Of a DNA stretch of 64,000 bases, positions 51,421 through 64,000 are shown piece after piece. Location of the stretch: positions 3,220,228-3,284,227 of the forward strand of contig NC_081362.1 of assembly GCF_030684315.1 (NCBI RefSeq), given 5' to 3'. The notes under the pieces are model-generated. The model saw nothing but the letters and a program-made list of their open reading frames with translations, was not told the DNA's origin and searched no databases. A program made the position numbers and the translations under genes. Positions within the stretch are counted from its first letter, which is position 1, and every line of letters begins with the position of its first letter. This DNA is from Stegostoma tigrinum. Its lineage: Eukaryota.

Positions 51421-54400
51421 TTTTATTTAAAATCTCTGAGTGTTGGGAACAAAATGGAAACATTTCAATTAAACATTTTTGAAATGAAGTGTGTACTTTG
51501 AAGTAGTTAATACGGCAATGTGAAATGTTCTTTTCTGTAATTTGCAGTTGGCTGTGTTCTAAATTGCAAGTATTTTGCTGTCACTACCACAGATGTGTTC
51601 AGTCTGTACTGCATGAGTAGGTTAAAGCTCAGTCTACAGTTACTCTTTAATAATCTTTCCAGCATTATTACTTTGTGACAGCTTGTGGAAGATAAACAAT
51701 GTTTTAAAATTAAAAAAGCTAACTATTCAAATAAATGTACTGATGTTAAATAAAAGTTTGCTTTACCAATCTTTTTCAAGTAAACATTTTACGTTAACAT
51801 TACTATTCAATTTTCGATTTAGTCTAAAATCTAATCAGGGAGCAAAATACAACAAATAAACATTCTGACAATACCGTTCTTAGATGTTGTTCTCCCCCAA
51901 TTTGCATAATTTTGCCTTTAATTTTGTGTTTATTTATTGCAAATGAAATAACATAACAACATCACATAAATTTTGCCTTGTAACTAGCCTCGCAGTTCTC
52001 TATGTGGCACTGTGTTGAATGATATATATGATATTATCAAGCAAATATTTATTTTTTTGTCATATTTTCATTGCGGGCTATGGATGTTCTACTTGTCATA
52101 ACTCACTATCAGGAAATTATATTAGTTTAGAAGAGTCTATGGTCTATGCTACAATTTTTGTGCAGTCTATGAAAGGGAGCAGTCCAAATGGGATAAAGAG
52201 TTTTCTTTCTCATTTCAGATATTCTTTAATTTTAAACTGACAATGCAGACCTGTAGTTTACTAAATGAAAACTATTGATACAAAATCTCAATCTCTTTAG
52301 CTTGTGTTTTATTTTTCTTTCAATGCATTTGTTATCTGTTGGATCACTGATGCTGTCTTGTACATGAGAGTACTCGCTTTTAAAGGTTCACATTTTATCT
52401 CCATATGGTTTGCAACAATCTGGAATCTTAAAATACCAAACATGGGTTGAAAATTTTACCAAATACTTCCAGAAGATGTTCTTTTAGTGAGTTGAAATGG
52501 AAAAGGAATGAAAGCCTTCTACATTTATTCATATAAGCAAAATTTTTTAATAACCAATCTCCTGACTTCTACCTCTTCCAGCAGAGAAGTGATATTGAGG
52601 GACAAAGCATAGTTTTTAAATAGGTTTTAAATTCTATTGTGGAACATCAATTGTTTTATTTCTGAATGAAAAGTAAAATAGCAAAACACTTGAAGTGTAA
52701 TTACTTAAAAAGTATTGCATTACACTTTATAGAATTTATTGTCTGAAGCATTGTCCAGAAAATCAAGTTTTGCTCAACATTTCTACATTTTGTCACACAC
52801 TGTGGAAGGTTGCAAACAGCACAATACTTTTCATGGTACACTGATCACATCTGGTTATTATCAGGTACATGTTGAAAATACTGAGCGATAATTAAAATAA
52901 CAGAAAGAGAGAAAACAATTTATGTTGTATATGTAAAGCTTACATAGCAGCATATGACAAGAAAAATAGCTTGAGGCTGCCTTTTGGAAAGTAATCTGCT
53001 CTAGAGAGCACACCATCCTAGAATAAAGCTTTCACTAGGTCTAAAAGGGCCTGCTTCCATCAACCTAAAACTCCATTCTTAATATTCTGCTTTAATCCAA
53101 AACCATGTTCCAGAGCTTGTGCTAAGTTTGTCTAATTTTGGTAACAAAAATACAAATACATGTCATTCTAATATTTCAACCGACTCCAGGCATAGCGGCT
53201 GGTTAAAATCATAGTAACCTTTATGGCTAAACAACATCCCATTAGAATCATTCCTACCAGCCTCTTGCTAGTTAAAGATGTAAATCAATGGGGTTGTAGG
53301 TTGTCCCTATCTGCACTATGTACCTCAAGGTGACATAATTTCCCAACAGTGAGCAAACACTGTCCTCAGTACTTTTTCTTTAACTCTTAGGCTTCAAAGG
53401 GTTGCTTTCATTTGGCAGGAATTTGGGTTTAGCTTCGGTTTAGCTTCTGTTTAGCAGCAGTGAACAATGCACAAATTAAAATGGTTATGAATGAGTGATG
53501 TTGCCATAATGAACAGTGAATTTGTGTTTTAACCACGTTGGTGGTAGATGTGAATTCTGCTGCACAGTTAAAGTTGGGCAGGAAACAGGAACTGCACAGT
53601 TGTATAGACCTTATTTGTACAGACTGAAGTTAAAGTGGAGGGCGGATTTATTTATAGAGAACAGTTGTTTAAAATGAGTTCTGTGCGTTCACTGTAACAA
53701 TTGTATTATAAAAAATTGCGTACGGAGGTTTGTTTCAACTGTTTTCTGTCGGCTTTCTTGTTACATTGTAAAAAAAGTTTGGCTGGGCATGGTCACCATA
53801 ATTTGTTTGCTGAGGTACAGCAATCCATGTTATAAATTATTTCATTCACTTCTAATTTATGACAGAATTGCATTTTTTTAAAATTTTCAAGCTTTACTTA
53901 TTTTGACTTTGGTAAATGAGGGTATGAAAATGATGAAGTTTTATCAGAACAAGCTAACACACCACTTTCTTCATGACTGTATATGAAAGTGATGGGTCTT
54001 TTAAAATGCTGCTCTAAAAGACTTTAATCACAAAATAAACACATCATATCTTCAAGGGGAAGCCTATTACCTGTGATTATTTATCAGCTTACAAAAGCAA
54101 TTAAATTAACTTGAGACACATTTTTACTTATGTCTGGCCTAACAAGAGATCAAGAGAGTGACATGCCAATTTTAATGAGTCTCAATCAGAATATTTGATC
54201 CTTAATTTGACTCAAAACAGAACTGCTCAGCTATTAAAATTATGACTTGGCATTTACACTTTGTTAGCTCATAACAAGCTTGTTAAGTGTAGCATTAAGA
54301 TTATGATTTATACTAATCCCCTAGCCTTGGGAAATTACAAGATTTCTATGACACATAGTGTGTGGCAAATTATGTAGCAAGAAAAATGGAAATTGAGGGA

Positions 54401-55865
54401 AATTTTAGAAAATACTTTATTGAAGAGCCCATTTTTGTTTTATCAATTAAAATACAGTAACAGCTACAGCATTGCCATTACCATACCAGCTACCATTAAC
54501 GTAAATGGTATTATAATAACCATTTTTTCTTTCATTAAATTATGATACTTTCCAAGCATAAGAACAGTTAGTCATCTAATTTTGCAAAATTTTATTTTGT
54601 TCTCTTTTAGTTTGTAGAATCATTGGCTAATGGGGAATTTGGTTAGCAGAATCTTTAGGCAGAAAACAATTAATGATGACAGACAGGCACAGCCTGTGCA
54701 ATATGACATGTATCAATGTGTAAATGCAGAAATCAAATCTGGTTATATACAGTAAACACAATATGCCTCTGGTTACTGGACAGATTTGTGAATTAGCTGC
54801 TGATGATTCACAGGGTGTGGGTGTTATTTTAAGCTTCATATAATAAACCTTCATCGAGTCATGTGATATGAAACTGCATTTATTATTCTAGTCAAAGCAC
54901 ATTACCTTTTGGTTAATGGAACTTTAGTAGGAGGTCCAAGTGTGCACAGTACATGAAATCTTATTATGTTACCTGATTTTGGTATCAGTGTCATTGGATG
55001 ACAAGGTCTTAAGTTTTTATTTGCAACATATGTATGTTTCACATTAATAACCTGATACAGTTCAGTTCAGTTCAAACAAATACAACTATGTCTGCTGTGT
55101 GAGACCCAATTTCTGTGACCTTGACTGTCTCCCTTGCCAACTCCTGATCATTCAGCTACCTGTCCCTGTCTTAAAGCTCAATGACCTTGTTACTGGCTCC
55201 ATTTGCATGAAATGTGTTCCCATCACTTTCAAACCTGGCAGCAGTAATTTACTGCAGAAACAGCCTGTTCAGGTTGAGTATGCTGAGCAATTCTATTCCT
55301 TGTTCCTACATGTCCAATTCTCTTGAAACGCTTCCTCAATCCCTATCAGTCCAATCAAGCTCTCTCCTGATTCTTCTCCTCTTCCTCCTTCTGTGTTCCT
55401 CTGATTCTGCTGTTGTTTTGCATCTTTTTCTCAACTTTAAGCGTCACAGGAAGCTACCTACATTGCGGATGCTACTATGAAATTGACGCAACTACAACAA
55501 ACTATCAATCTGACAGAAATGAGAACAGCAGTAATGTCCTTAGTTATTCAGATTAGTTGGAGTTTGGTTGTGATATTCCACAAGGATCAGTGTTGAGGTA
55601 CACTGCCACACACAATTTGCAATATCTACTCAGCACTTTCCAAATGTACTGCTGCTTGTATCTTCTCTTGCCAGGGGACATGCTGTCATAGGACGTCACA
55701 TTCTCCTGTTTAATGTCAGCCTTGAATTTTCACTCTAGCTCTCGTACAATGCTCTGTAACATACATCATCCAATTATGCCTGAGTCAACCCGTCATCCTA
55801 CTGCCCTTTGCCCTCTCGGGGAGATCTCTGCAGCTTTTCAGCTCTGATCAAGTGGCTAAAATACT

Positions 55866-56121
55866 TTGGAAAAAGAAAACAAATAACTGCAGTTTCTGGA
55901 AATTTGAAATGAAATGAAAGGTGCTGGAGAAACTCAACGGGTTTGGCAGCATCTGTGGAGGGAGAAAAGCAGAGTTAACATCCCAAGTCCAGTGACCCCT
56001 TTGTCAGAAAGGATTCTGATGAGTTCTGATAAAAGGCCACTGGACTTGAAACATTAATTCCGTCTTTCTCTCTGTGATGCAGCCGGACCTGCTGAGTTTC
56101 TCCAGCACTTTCTGTGCTTGG
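55866..56121. mobile_element. Mini-PLE, second subfamily, two inverted ends with decayed hammerheads
   Basis: gtgctggagaaactca...tgagtttctccagcac, containing gagttCTGATAAaaggccactggacttGAAACATTaattc. 12-bp TSD ggc(t/c)aaaatact at 55854-55865 / 56122-56133. Confidence 0.8.
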
Positions 56122-56257
56122 GGCCAAAATACTGACGTTTTAGTTTCTGAATGCCGCTTTTTAAGAGTTTTGTTCACGAGTGCTTCTTTATTTGTCTTGC
56201 GACCTGTGTGTAGAATTTTCAGTCTACGTCTGAGCATCCCCATTTCAAGTGATTAAT

Positions 56258-56331
56258 GTGTTCGGTAATATAATGGTTAGCAGCCCTGCCTGTCCACCTG
56301 GGAGACAGGGGTTCAGTTCTCTGTATGCTCA
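56258..56331 (+). pseudogene. Degenerate tRNA-Asp-like pseudogene or SINE head
   Basis: taatataatggttagcagccctgcctgtccacctgggagacaggggttcagttctctg resembles tRNA-Asp(GTC) after CpG decay. The acceptor stem is poor. Confidence 0.45.
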
Positions 56332-56753
56332 GCGAGCATTCAGCATTTTATCTGTGAAATTCCCCGCCCAGAGAAGCAATTGTGGCTACTTCATTTAATG
56401 TTTTTAAGGCGACACATAGATTTTTGAACAGTAAAGGAATTAAGGGTTATGGTGAGTTGATGGGAAAGTGGAACTAAGTCCATGAAAAGATTAGCCATGA
56501 TGTTCCTAATGAACAAGAATGTGGCATCTTACCAGTTTTTTCCTCATTTCAAAGTTGTGTTTCCTTCATTGTTAGCACTTCTTTCATCTTCTCAAGATTA
56601 CATCTGGCTATCTCTTCCCTCATTTTAAATTCCTCATCACATGTGCCCTCTTCTCTTATCATTTGCCCTATAAAGAGAAAATCTATCTCCTTGTTCCAGA
56701 TTTTTGCCATCCATTTCAATCTCCTCTCTCCTTTCCAATTCCTTCAAACTCCC

Positions 56754-56793
56754 TCAGAGATAGTAGGAACTGCCATGCCGAAAAATCTGAGAT
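56754..56793 (-). mobile_element. Tail-only PLE insertion
   Basis: tcagagatagtaggaactgccatgccgaaaaatctgagat between aactccc direct repeats (56747-56753 / 56794-56800). Confidence 0.7.
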
Positions 56794-56859
56794 AACTCCC
56801 ATTGTTTTTGCTTTTTAAGTGTTCCCACTTAATCCATATTCTCAACCTTTAGATTTTAA

Positions 56860-57560
56860 TTGACCTATGATATTTGTAGTGTATATGCAGATGACACTGT
56901 ATCAAAATGTGTACTTAATACAGAGGGGGACTATTTATCACAGACCAGGAGGACATCAATAAATGTGCAGAATGAATTTGTTATACACAGATTGATTTTG
57001 GTGTATGCAGACCTATGTGGTGGTATGTGTTGATAGTGGAAGTAGGCAGTGCTTATATAATCCTTGGAAATTTGCTGTGTAAGTGTGGCTGAGGAGCCGA
57101 GGTATGAAGGTATCTGAAAATAAAGACCTGGGCAGAAAAGAAAACATTAAATAAAAAGGGGCACTGGAATGGAATTGAGTACAAGAGAAATCATATCGAA
57201 TTTGTACACAAGTTTAATATACCACTCTTGGAGTACAGTGACCAGTTCTGGACTGCGTGTTTTAGGAAGGATATTGGGCTCCTGAAGAGGGTGCAATAAA
57301 GATTTACCAGAAATGGGAAGTGATTGAAAGATGACCAAATGAATGTTGTCAACTTTAAGAAAGGGGTTTGATGGGTTAGATGTAGAGGAGACACTTCCAC
57401 TTGTGGAAAGGCCAGGTTTAGAGACGATAATATTGATAGTTACTGGTGAATCCACAGTAAATATTATAATCCACAGTAAATAATAAATCCACAAGGAAAT
57501 TCAAGAAAAAAAGCTTTCATTCCTGAAGTTGAGTGAATGTGAAACTCTCTGTCACATATA
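56860..57560 (+). mobile_element. Highly degenerate CR1 fragment
   Basis: gcagatgacac (ADDT) and ttggagtacagtgaccagttctgg (LEYSDQFW). Confidence 0.65.
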
Positions 57561-60269
57561 ACAGAATAGAATCGAAATTAATTGTCATGTGTACTTTTAC
57601 ATGAAAAGTGTAGTGAAAGTTTTGTAAGTTGCTCTACGCGGCACCTACATCACTGACAGAACTCAGACAGAATAATTTTTTAAAAAGTAAAATTAAGACA
57701 AAGTTCATACGGTTCAGTTAACGGCTGCTGGACTTGGGGAAAGCTGATTTAGGAATGATGGAATGCCCGAAAGTATAGTTGCATTTACGGTGAAGCTGAA
57801 TGAACACAGGTAGGAGAAGATGAGTAGGAGGTGGGGAAAGGAGTAGAGTAATGTGTCGATGGGATTAGATGAAGTAAGGTGGGGAAATGTTCAGGTGGAG
57901 CTTAAGAACCAGCGTGGACCAGATGGGGTGAATGGCCTATTCCTCCACTGTAAGTACTTTGTAATCTTGATATGTTAAGCAGCTAAGACATGGATTTTGC
58001 TTTGTGCGCATTGGGAAGATTTATTGTTTACAAAAAATAATTTAGTCTTAAACTGACTTTGCTGCACTTCAAACTGAAGAAGCCAATTTGCACACAGTAT
58101 CTTCTGTTTTCTGCCCAGAGTCAGTCCTCACCCACAATGACTGATCTGCACCGTAAGGGAGGCCAAGGAGGTGATGGAATTCTTAATGTCACCTGAAGTA
58201 GTGGAATAGCAGAGCTGGAAATTGGTTTGATGTCTTGTCTGAAAGACATCAGCTCTGATAATGCAGCATTCCTTCATGGCTGCACATTCATTTCAATTCA
58301 ATCCATATGCCCTAGTCTGGGAAAGGGGCTTGAACTCACCACCTTCAGAAGGTGTGAGCTTTTATGGCTGAACTCATAATAGTTCTTGTAGCTGATTTTC
58401 TGTGAGTTTTTTTTTAAAACAATCATTATTTTTGACTAAGAATCTCCCAGTACACAGACTCAGTTTTACCAAACGATGTTCAGAAAACGTGTGTAAATTA
58501 ATACCTTGTCACTCCATATTGAGATCAATAGATGTTTGGGAATCAAGGGGTATGGGGATAAGGCAAGGAAATTGGGTTACTATTGAAAATCAGCCATAAT
58601 CTGATTGCGTGGCAGAGCAGACTTGAGGGGAAAAATGGCCTCCTCCTGCTTTTGGTTCTTATGTTCATGATTCCAACAATGAAGAATGGCTTTGCCAATG
58701 TCTTGGAATTTGGCCTGTAAGAGTGGAACTGCCCCTTTCATTAGAGGGTGCAGAGAATTCTGGATGAGGCAAGTCAGATAATTTTAGTTGTCAGGTTTAT
58801 TAGTGTTGGTAGGAAATACTGTGAAATTTTGGTTTGTGTCTAATACTGCTGAGTTTTCATTTCCAACCAAAAACCATGAATTGAATGGTAATAAAATCCA
58901 TCCATTTTGCTTGGTATGACCTTGTCAGTGTCGCTGAATTTGTGGAATACACTTCAGTTGCGCAGTCAGTCAGCTGAAGAATAAATATTCTTTTTCAGGC
59001 ACTATTTGATTTCTGGGATTAACGTTAACTTCATCCAGTTGGAGGAGATGGAAGGGTTCAGGTTCGATAGCCCAACTTTTTGCTCCGTTAATGTCAATGG
59101 ATTTAATTAAAATTGTCCCTATTGCTCGTGAGGAAGAAAAAGTTCACAATTATCCTCATGGCAGTGAAAGAAGTACCTCATACATTCAATTTCTGGGCTA
59201 ACGCTCCACATGCTGAACTAAATTTGTTTAGTTCGGCCTTTCTGACTCGCAAGCTGTCAGCAGGACAGTTCCCATACCCACGCCTGTAATTGCTGCCTAA
59301 CACGCTGACCATGCTGTGGTTTGTTTGGACCCAGTGTATACAGCGTATTCGACCAACTCTCAGGCACTGGTGATGGTACAGACAAGATCCTCTGATCACT
59401 ACTACTGCACATGGAGGAGTGGGCATCTCGTCAGGATGCCTTGTTGATTTTGGTGTGACTTACAGATGCCTACAACAGTCCTCCGTCAGAGATGGAAGCA
59501 GTCTGTGTTTGGAATTTCACCTTGGAATTTTTGAACACAGGAACCACTACAGCAACAGTGCAGCCATTCATGAGGAATGCTGCGCTGTGGCTTGGCCTGG
59601 GTAACCAAGGTCGCGACTGCAAATACCACTGGTGTGGCCATAAGTTCAGTGTTTGAACTAAGTGCATATTTTCAATGACCCAGTGTTGGATGTCTTGGGC
59701 TCTCCCCATGCAACTCATTGTCCAAGATAGTGTGAATGGCACCAACAAGCTCTTCAGTACTGAGGAGGCTCATGTAACTGGCCCTCAGCATGTTCTACCT
59801 TGTACTCATTGGCCCAATATCAACTCCTCTTTTTGGCAGTCCTGTGCTCTCACTCTGCAATGCCTCTCGCGTGATTTCTCCTCAGTACTACTCCCTGTAA
59901 TCATGTGTGTCTTACCAATAGTGAGGTTTACTTCAAAGTACATAGTGAGATTTGCTGCTCAGGTGAGTGGTGTTCTGATACTTTTAGAGGGCAGCTGTGG
60001 AATTGTGTGTACTTAATCACACATTAATTCAGGGCTGTGTGTTATAACAGGTGCCAATACAAACTTGTGGAGGATTAGTGTGTGAGAGCATGGTGATGCA
60101 AAGAATGATGCAAATCATAGTGTTTAATATGTCGTGTGCCAGCCAATCTCCAAACCTGCCCAGTATTCCAAACATCTTCTAGATTCTGTGCTCCACGGAA
60201 CGTAACCATGCTAGCCCCTGGTAGTGAGCACCTTTTATACACCGAGCTCACCATCTGCAGACAAATGAA

Positions 60270-60535
60270 CTTGGCATTTACATAGTGCCTTTCACAACCA
60301 CTGGGGACACCTTTCCAACCAATGAAATATGTTTGAAGTGTGACCTTTGTTGTAATGTTGGCAACACAGTTTGTACACAGCAAGCTCCCACCAACAGCAA
60401 TGTAATAATGAATGGATAGTGACAATTGAGATGTGAATATTGGCCATGGGGAGAACTCCATGGTTTTGCCTCAGATTGATGCCTTGGGATATTTGATGCT
60501 GACCTGAGCAGGTAGATACGACCTTGCTTCACTAG
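60270..60535 (-). mobile_element. Deu-domain SINE (SacSINE1/AmnSINE-like)
   Basis: ttggcatttacatagtgcctttcac tail and caagctcccaccaacagcaatg core. A related piece lies at ~58160-58345. Family assignment is from recall. Confidence 0.55.
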
Positions 60536-60599
60536 CTGTGAGGCACGTTGATATTGTCTGAGGTTGTGATGGGTGAAATGTTAGTCTTTAGATTTGGCT

Positions 60600-61640
60600 C
60601 AAGAGAATCCACTTCATCTTCTACAGTTATGATGTACATGGTGGCTACATCTGCAGGACAGCACCAAGATAGGTAGAAAAGTATGTTGTACGGATGATCT
60701 AAGGAGTTTGCAGATCGATATAGGTAGGTTGGGTGGCTGCGCAAAAGTCTGGCGGGTGAAGTATAATGTGGGAACTGTGAAATTGTTTACTTTGGCAAGA
60801 GAAATGAAAAACCAAGTGTTATTTACATGAAGAGCGACTGCAGAATCATTAAGTGCAGAGGGATCTAGGTAATATACAGTCGCGAAAGTTTAGTGTGCGG
60901 GTACAGCAGATAGTCAGGAAGGGTAATGGAATATTAGCCTTTATTATGAAAGGAATTGACAATAAATTTGATGATAGTATAAGGTAGGGGTGGAGGCTAG
61001 ATAGACCTTAGGCTTAGGGTAAAAGCTTGGCGCAACATCATGGGCTGAAGGGCCTGCACTGGTCTATATTTTATGTTCTATAAAAGAAAGAATGTTCTGG
61101 TTCAATTACACAGGGCATGGTAAGATTGCATCTTGAATACCATATGCAGTTGTGGTCTCCTTATTTATGGAAAGATATAAATGCATTGGAGGTGGTTCAG
61201 AGGAGATTTACTGGATTGATCCCTGGACTGAGTGGGCTGTCTTATGAGAAAAGTTTCCACTGGAGATTTAGAAGAGTGAGGGGTAATTTAATTGAAGTAT
61301 ATAAGATCCTGAATGACCTTGACAAGGTGGATGTGGAAAGGAGCTAGGGGCCTCTGCTTTAAAATTAGGAGTCACCCTTTCAGAACAGAGATGAGGAGAC
61401 CATTTTTCTAACATGTGACTTTGGAATTTCTTGCCTGCGAAGGTGGTAGAGCAGTGTCAGTGAATATCATGAAAGTAAAGGAGAAGTGTTTCTCGTTAGG
61501 CAGGGGACTAAAAGGTCAATTGGAGGTGGATGGAAATAAGAAATTTAAAACATAAGCAAATCCGCCACAATCTTATTGAATGTTGGGGCAGGCTCAAGGG
61601 GCTGAATGGCCTACTCCTGATCCCATTTCCTATATTCTGA
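60600..61640 (+). mobile_element. CR1 3' fragment with a nested short CR1-tail insertion (~60966-61079)
   Basis: MVRLHLEYHMQLWSPYLWKDINALEVVQRRFTGLIPGL and a 3' UTR ending ggggctgaatggcctactcctg. Confidence 0.85.
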
Positions 61641-61913
61641 TGCCATCCCTTATCCTTGCCAAGACATCTGTACGTCTTGGCGGTGTTTTGTTTAAACGCA
61701 TATTTCTAACAGCCACAACTTTCTTTCATGAACATTTATGTCTTTTGCTCCTCAGCTTTGCAGCAATGTTCCTGTCATTTCATGCCCTGCTTTTGCATCC
61801 AGACCTCCATCCCAGTCTTACAGAGTTGTGGCTCACACTCCACTCAGTTGTGGTGGGTGTGCTGGGCGGGGTGAATCTTTGAAATTCTGTACCCAGAGAG
61901 CCCATGGAGCCTC

Positions 61914-62141
61914 TGAAATAACTCCACAGTGTCCGGCATCGAGTCGCTCATTATTTACACATGAACAGCCCTTAACTTTAGTGTTGCCTCATTCAGAGTC
62001 AGCTCTCAGAGTGTCAGCAACTCCGACACTCCCCTTTTTATCTGTAAGCCAGGGCTCCCTGATTGGACCCGATTAACAGCCCCAGTTATGGACCTGATAT
62101 TCTATGAGGTCCACCTGACTGACCTCTTTAAAATCACGACA
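61914..62141 (-). mobile_element. Short solo LTR (228 bp), same family as 15566-15800
   Basis: Shared tgaaata(g/a)ctccaca and agccagggctccctgattggacc. Inserted in a CR1 3' end. Confidence 0.7.
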
Positions 62142-63069
62142 GCTTAGTCATTGATCATGTTCAAGGCAAAGATCAGTTCTAGATATTAAAGATATCCAGG
62201 GATGTGGGGATAGTGTGGGAGAGTGGTGTTGACCTAGAAGCTCAACCATCATCTAGTCGAATGGAAGAGCAAGCTAATTGGGCCAAATGGCCAATTCCTG
62301 TTCCGACTTCCTGTTCCTCCCCTCTTCCCCTATTCGGATCTGAATTTCTGTTTGTGTCATGTAACATCAGAAGGTGCCTGCTTGCGTGGGACCAACCAGA
62401 AACACTCACGTTTTTCTGATTCTTAGCCATTTTCCAGCAGACTGACCCAGCTGGAATAACAAACTATTCTGACATTGGTTGGCTAGATGGCTGTATGTTA
62501 TATGTTGTAGGGTCATTTTTGATCCTGATCAGTTCATACTTTATTTGTTACAGTCATAAAATCATATTCTTGGGAAATGTGCATTTAGAAAACTACAGTT
62601 CCCAGGATTTTGTAAGGGAGCTGTGCATTATGTTACAATACAAGCGCTTCTCCTGTTTTCATTCAAAAGGGAAAAGAAATCTCACCCCTAATTATTTTAC
62701 TACCTTGCCTGCTGCTACTCAAACTGTTACCATGATTGCAACTTAACTTGCATTGTTAAGAGAGAAATGGCAGAGCAACAATTACAGGAAAACCTGAAGA
62801 AAAAGAATAAGCTTAAATGTTGAAGGTTTTAATGGTTTTAGTAGCAATAAGATGTATCATTCTCAATATGAAGTTGCTTGAATTTGACTGTTTGGAAGAG
62901 CAAATGCTTAATTGCTTTAATAAGTTGTATTTGAACCTTTAAATAATTGCATTTTTAGTTTAATTTGTACTTAGACTTCTAACTTGTTTTGTGCAGGTTT
63001 TTCAGAGTTTCGTCCTATCTATTTTGACTGCATTTTGAATCTTTCCTACACCTATCTTGAAGTTAGTAT

Positions 63070-63710
63070 CCAGATAGGAACAGGAAAATAGGAACATATT
63101 TGGCCTGTTGAGTCTACTGTTCCATTCAATTAGATCATGGCTGATCATCTACCTCAGTGCTACAATATTTTGCACAGGATTCCTTGTCATTTGAGATCAC
63201 TTATATCCAGAAATTTGTCAAATTTTGTCTTTAATATATTCAATAATTGTGCTGTTACAGCCTGTCTGGGTTAGAGAATTCTAAAGATTCACCATCATTT
63301 GAGTGAAGAAATACCTCCTTATCTCAACCCTAAATGGCCTGCTCCTTAGCCTAATACTGTGTCCGCTAGTCCTAGACTTCCCAGCTAGGGAAAACATCCA
63401 GTCTGCAGCTGTGCTGTGTCGCCCTGTAAGAGTTTTGTAGATCAATGCTCATTCTTTGCAACTCTCAAGTACAGAAGCCAACCTTCTTCAATCTCTCCTC
63501 TTAAAATAATCCTCCCTGGCATCTCAGGGGTTTGTTTGTTGAACTGCCATTGAGCTCCTCCATCTCTCTGGCAAGCACATTAATCTTTAGATAAGGAGAC
63601 CAAAATGTACACTGTACTCCTGGAACCATCTCACCAAGCCTGCTACAACTGCAGCAAGACAACTTTTCCTATGTATCCACATCACCTTGCAATGAAGGTC
63701 AAGGTGAAGA
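63070..63710 (-). mobile_element. CR1 3' fragment
   Basis: agataaggagaccaaaatgtacactgtactcc (reverse of EY..FWSPYL) and the CR1 3' UTR. Confidence 0.75.
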
Positions 63711-64000
63711 CTTCACCACTAAATACTAGACATTACAGCTGCACTGGCATCCTGGAACATCACCTATGCAACCCCAAGTTGGTTCATTTATAATCATCTT
63801 TTCACATTACAGCAAAAGATGTATTTCTGTTTCTGATTTAGCTTCCTCCAAGGCCAGGTGAAATAAGGTCAAACTTCCTTCTGTTTGGATTGAAGAATGT
63901 ACTGCAAGGTCTGGGGCCTCTCAGTCCAACCAATCCATGCATGTTGCTTGGGGGTCAGTTAGCTCAGTTGGCTGAATGTCTGGTTTGTGAGGCAGAATGA

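Noticed and set aside
57449-57495. aatccacagtaaata repeated ~2.5 times
   Set aside because: Ordinary small slippage duplication inside a dead CR1.
44570-64000. MEIS exon 7 and homeodomain exons
   Set aside because: No RDHDD, PGPSSGG, KRGIFPK or WFINARRR coding sequence seen. Intron 6 appears to extend past the window.

Overview
Eukaryotic vertebrate DNA, almost certainly a cartilaginous fish (shark): HE1/V-SINEs, CR1/L2 LINE fragments and Neptune-type Penelope-like elements (PLEs). The species cannot be fixed from sequence alone. The only host gene is the 5' half of a MEIS-family TALE homeobox gene, best matching MEIS1. Coding exons 1-6 (212 codons, + strand, 40529-44569) sit in a CpG-rich, transposon-poor domain (~30.6-46 kb). 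Exon 7 and the homeodomain were not found and are presumably beyond the window. The most striking system is a family of at least nine PLE-derived insertions ranging from ~31 bp to 3.2 kb. Five share a head-to-head architecture: two inverted element ends, only one of which keeps the last ~35-40 nt 'tail'. Most carry minimal hammerhead ribozyme cores or remnants, and nearly all have 7-15 bp target-site duplications (TSDs). Other highlights: a PBX-MEIS decamer followed by a 7-codon uORF in the MEIS leader, a 153-bp higher-order intronic repeat carrying 6 MEIS motifs and 11 M-boxes, a 134-bp local inverted duplication, and three solo-LTR candidates. No searches were run. Comparisons with human MEIS1/MEIS2 and repeat consensus sequences are from memory.
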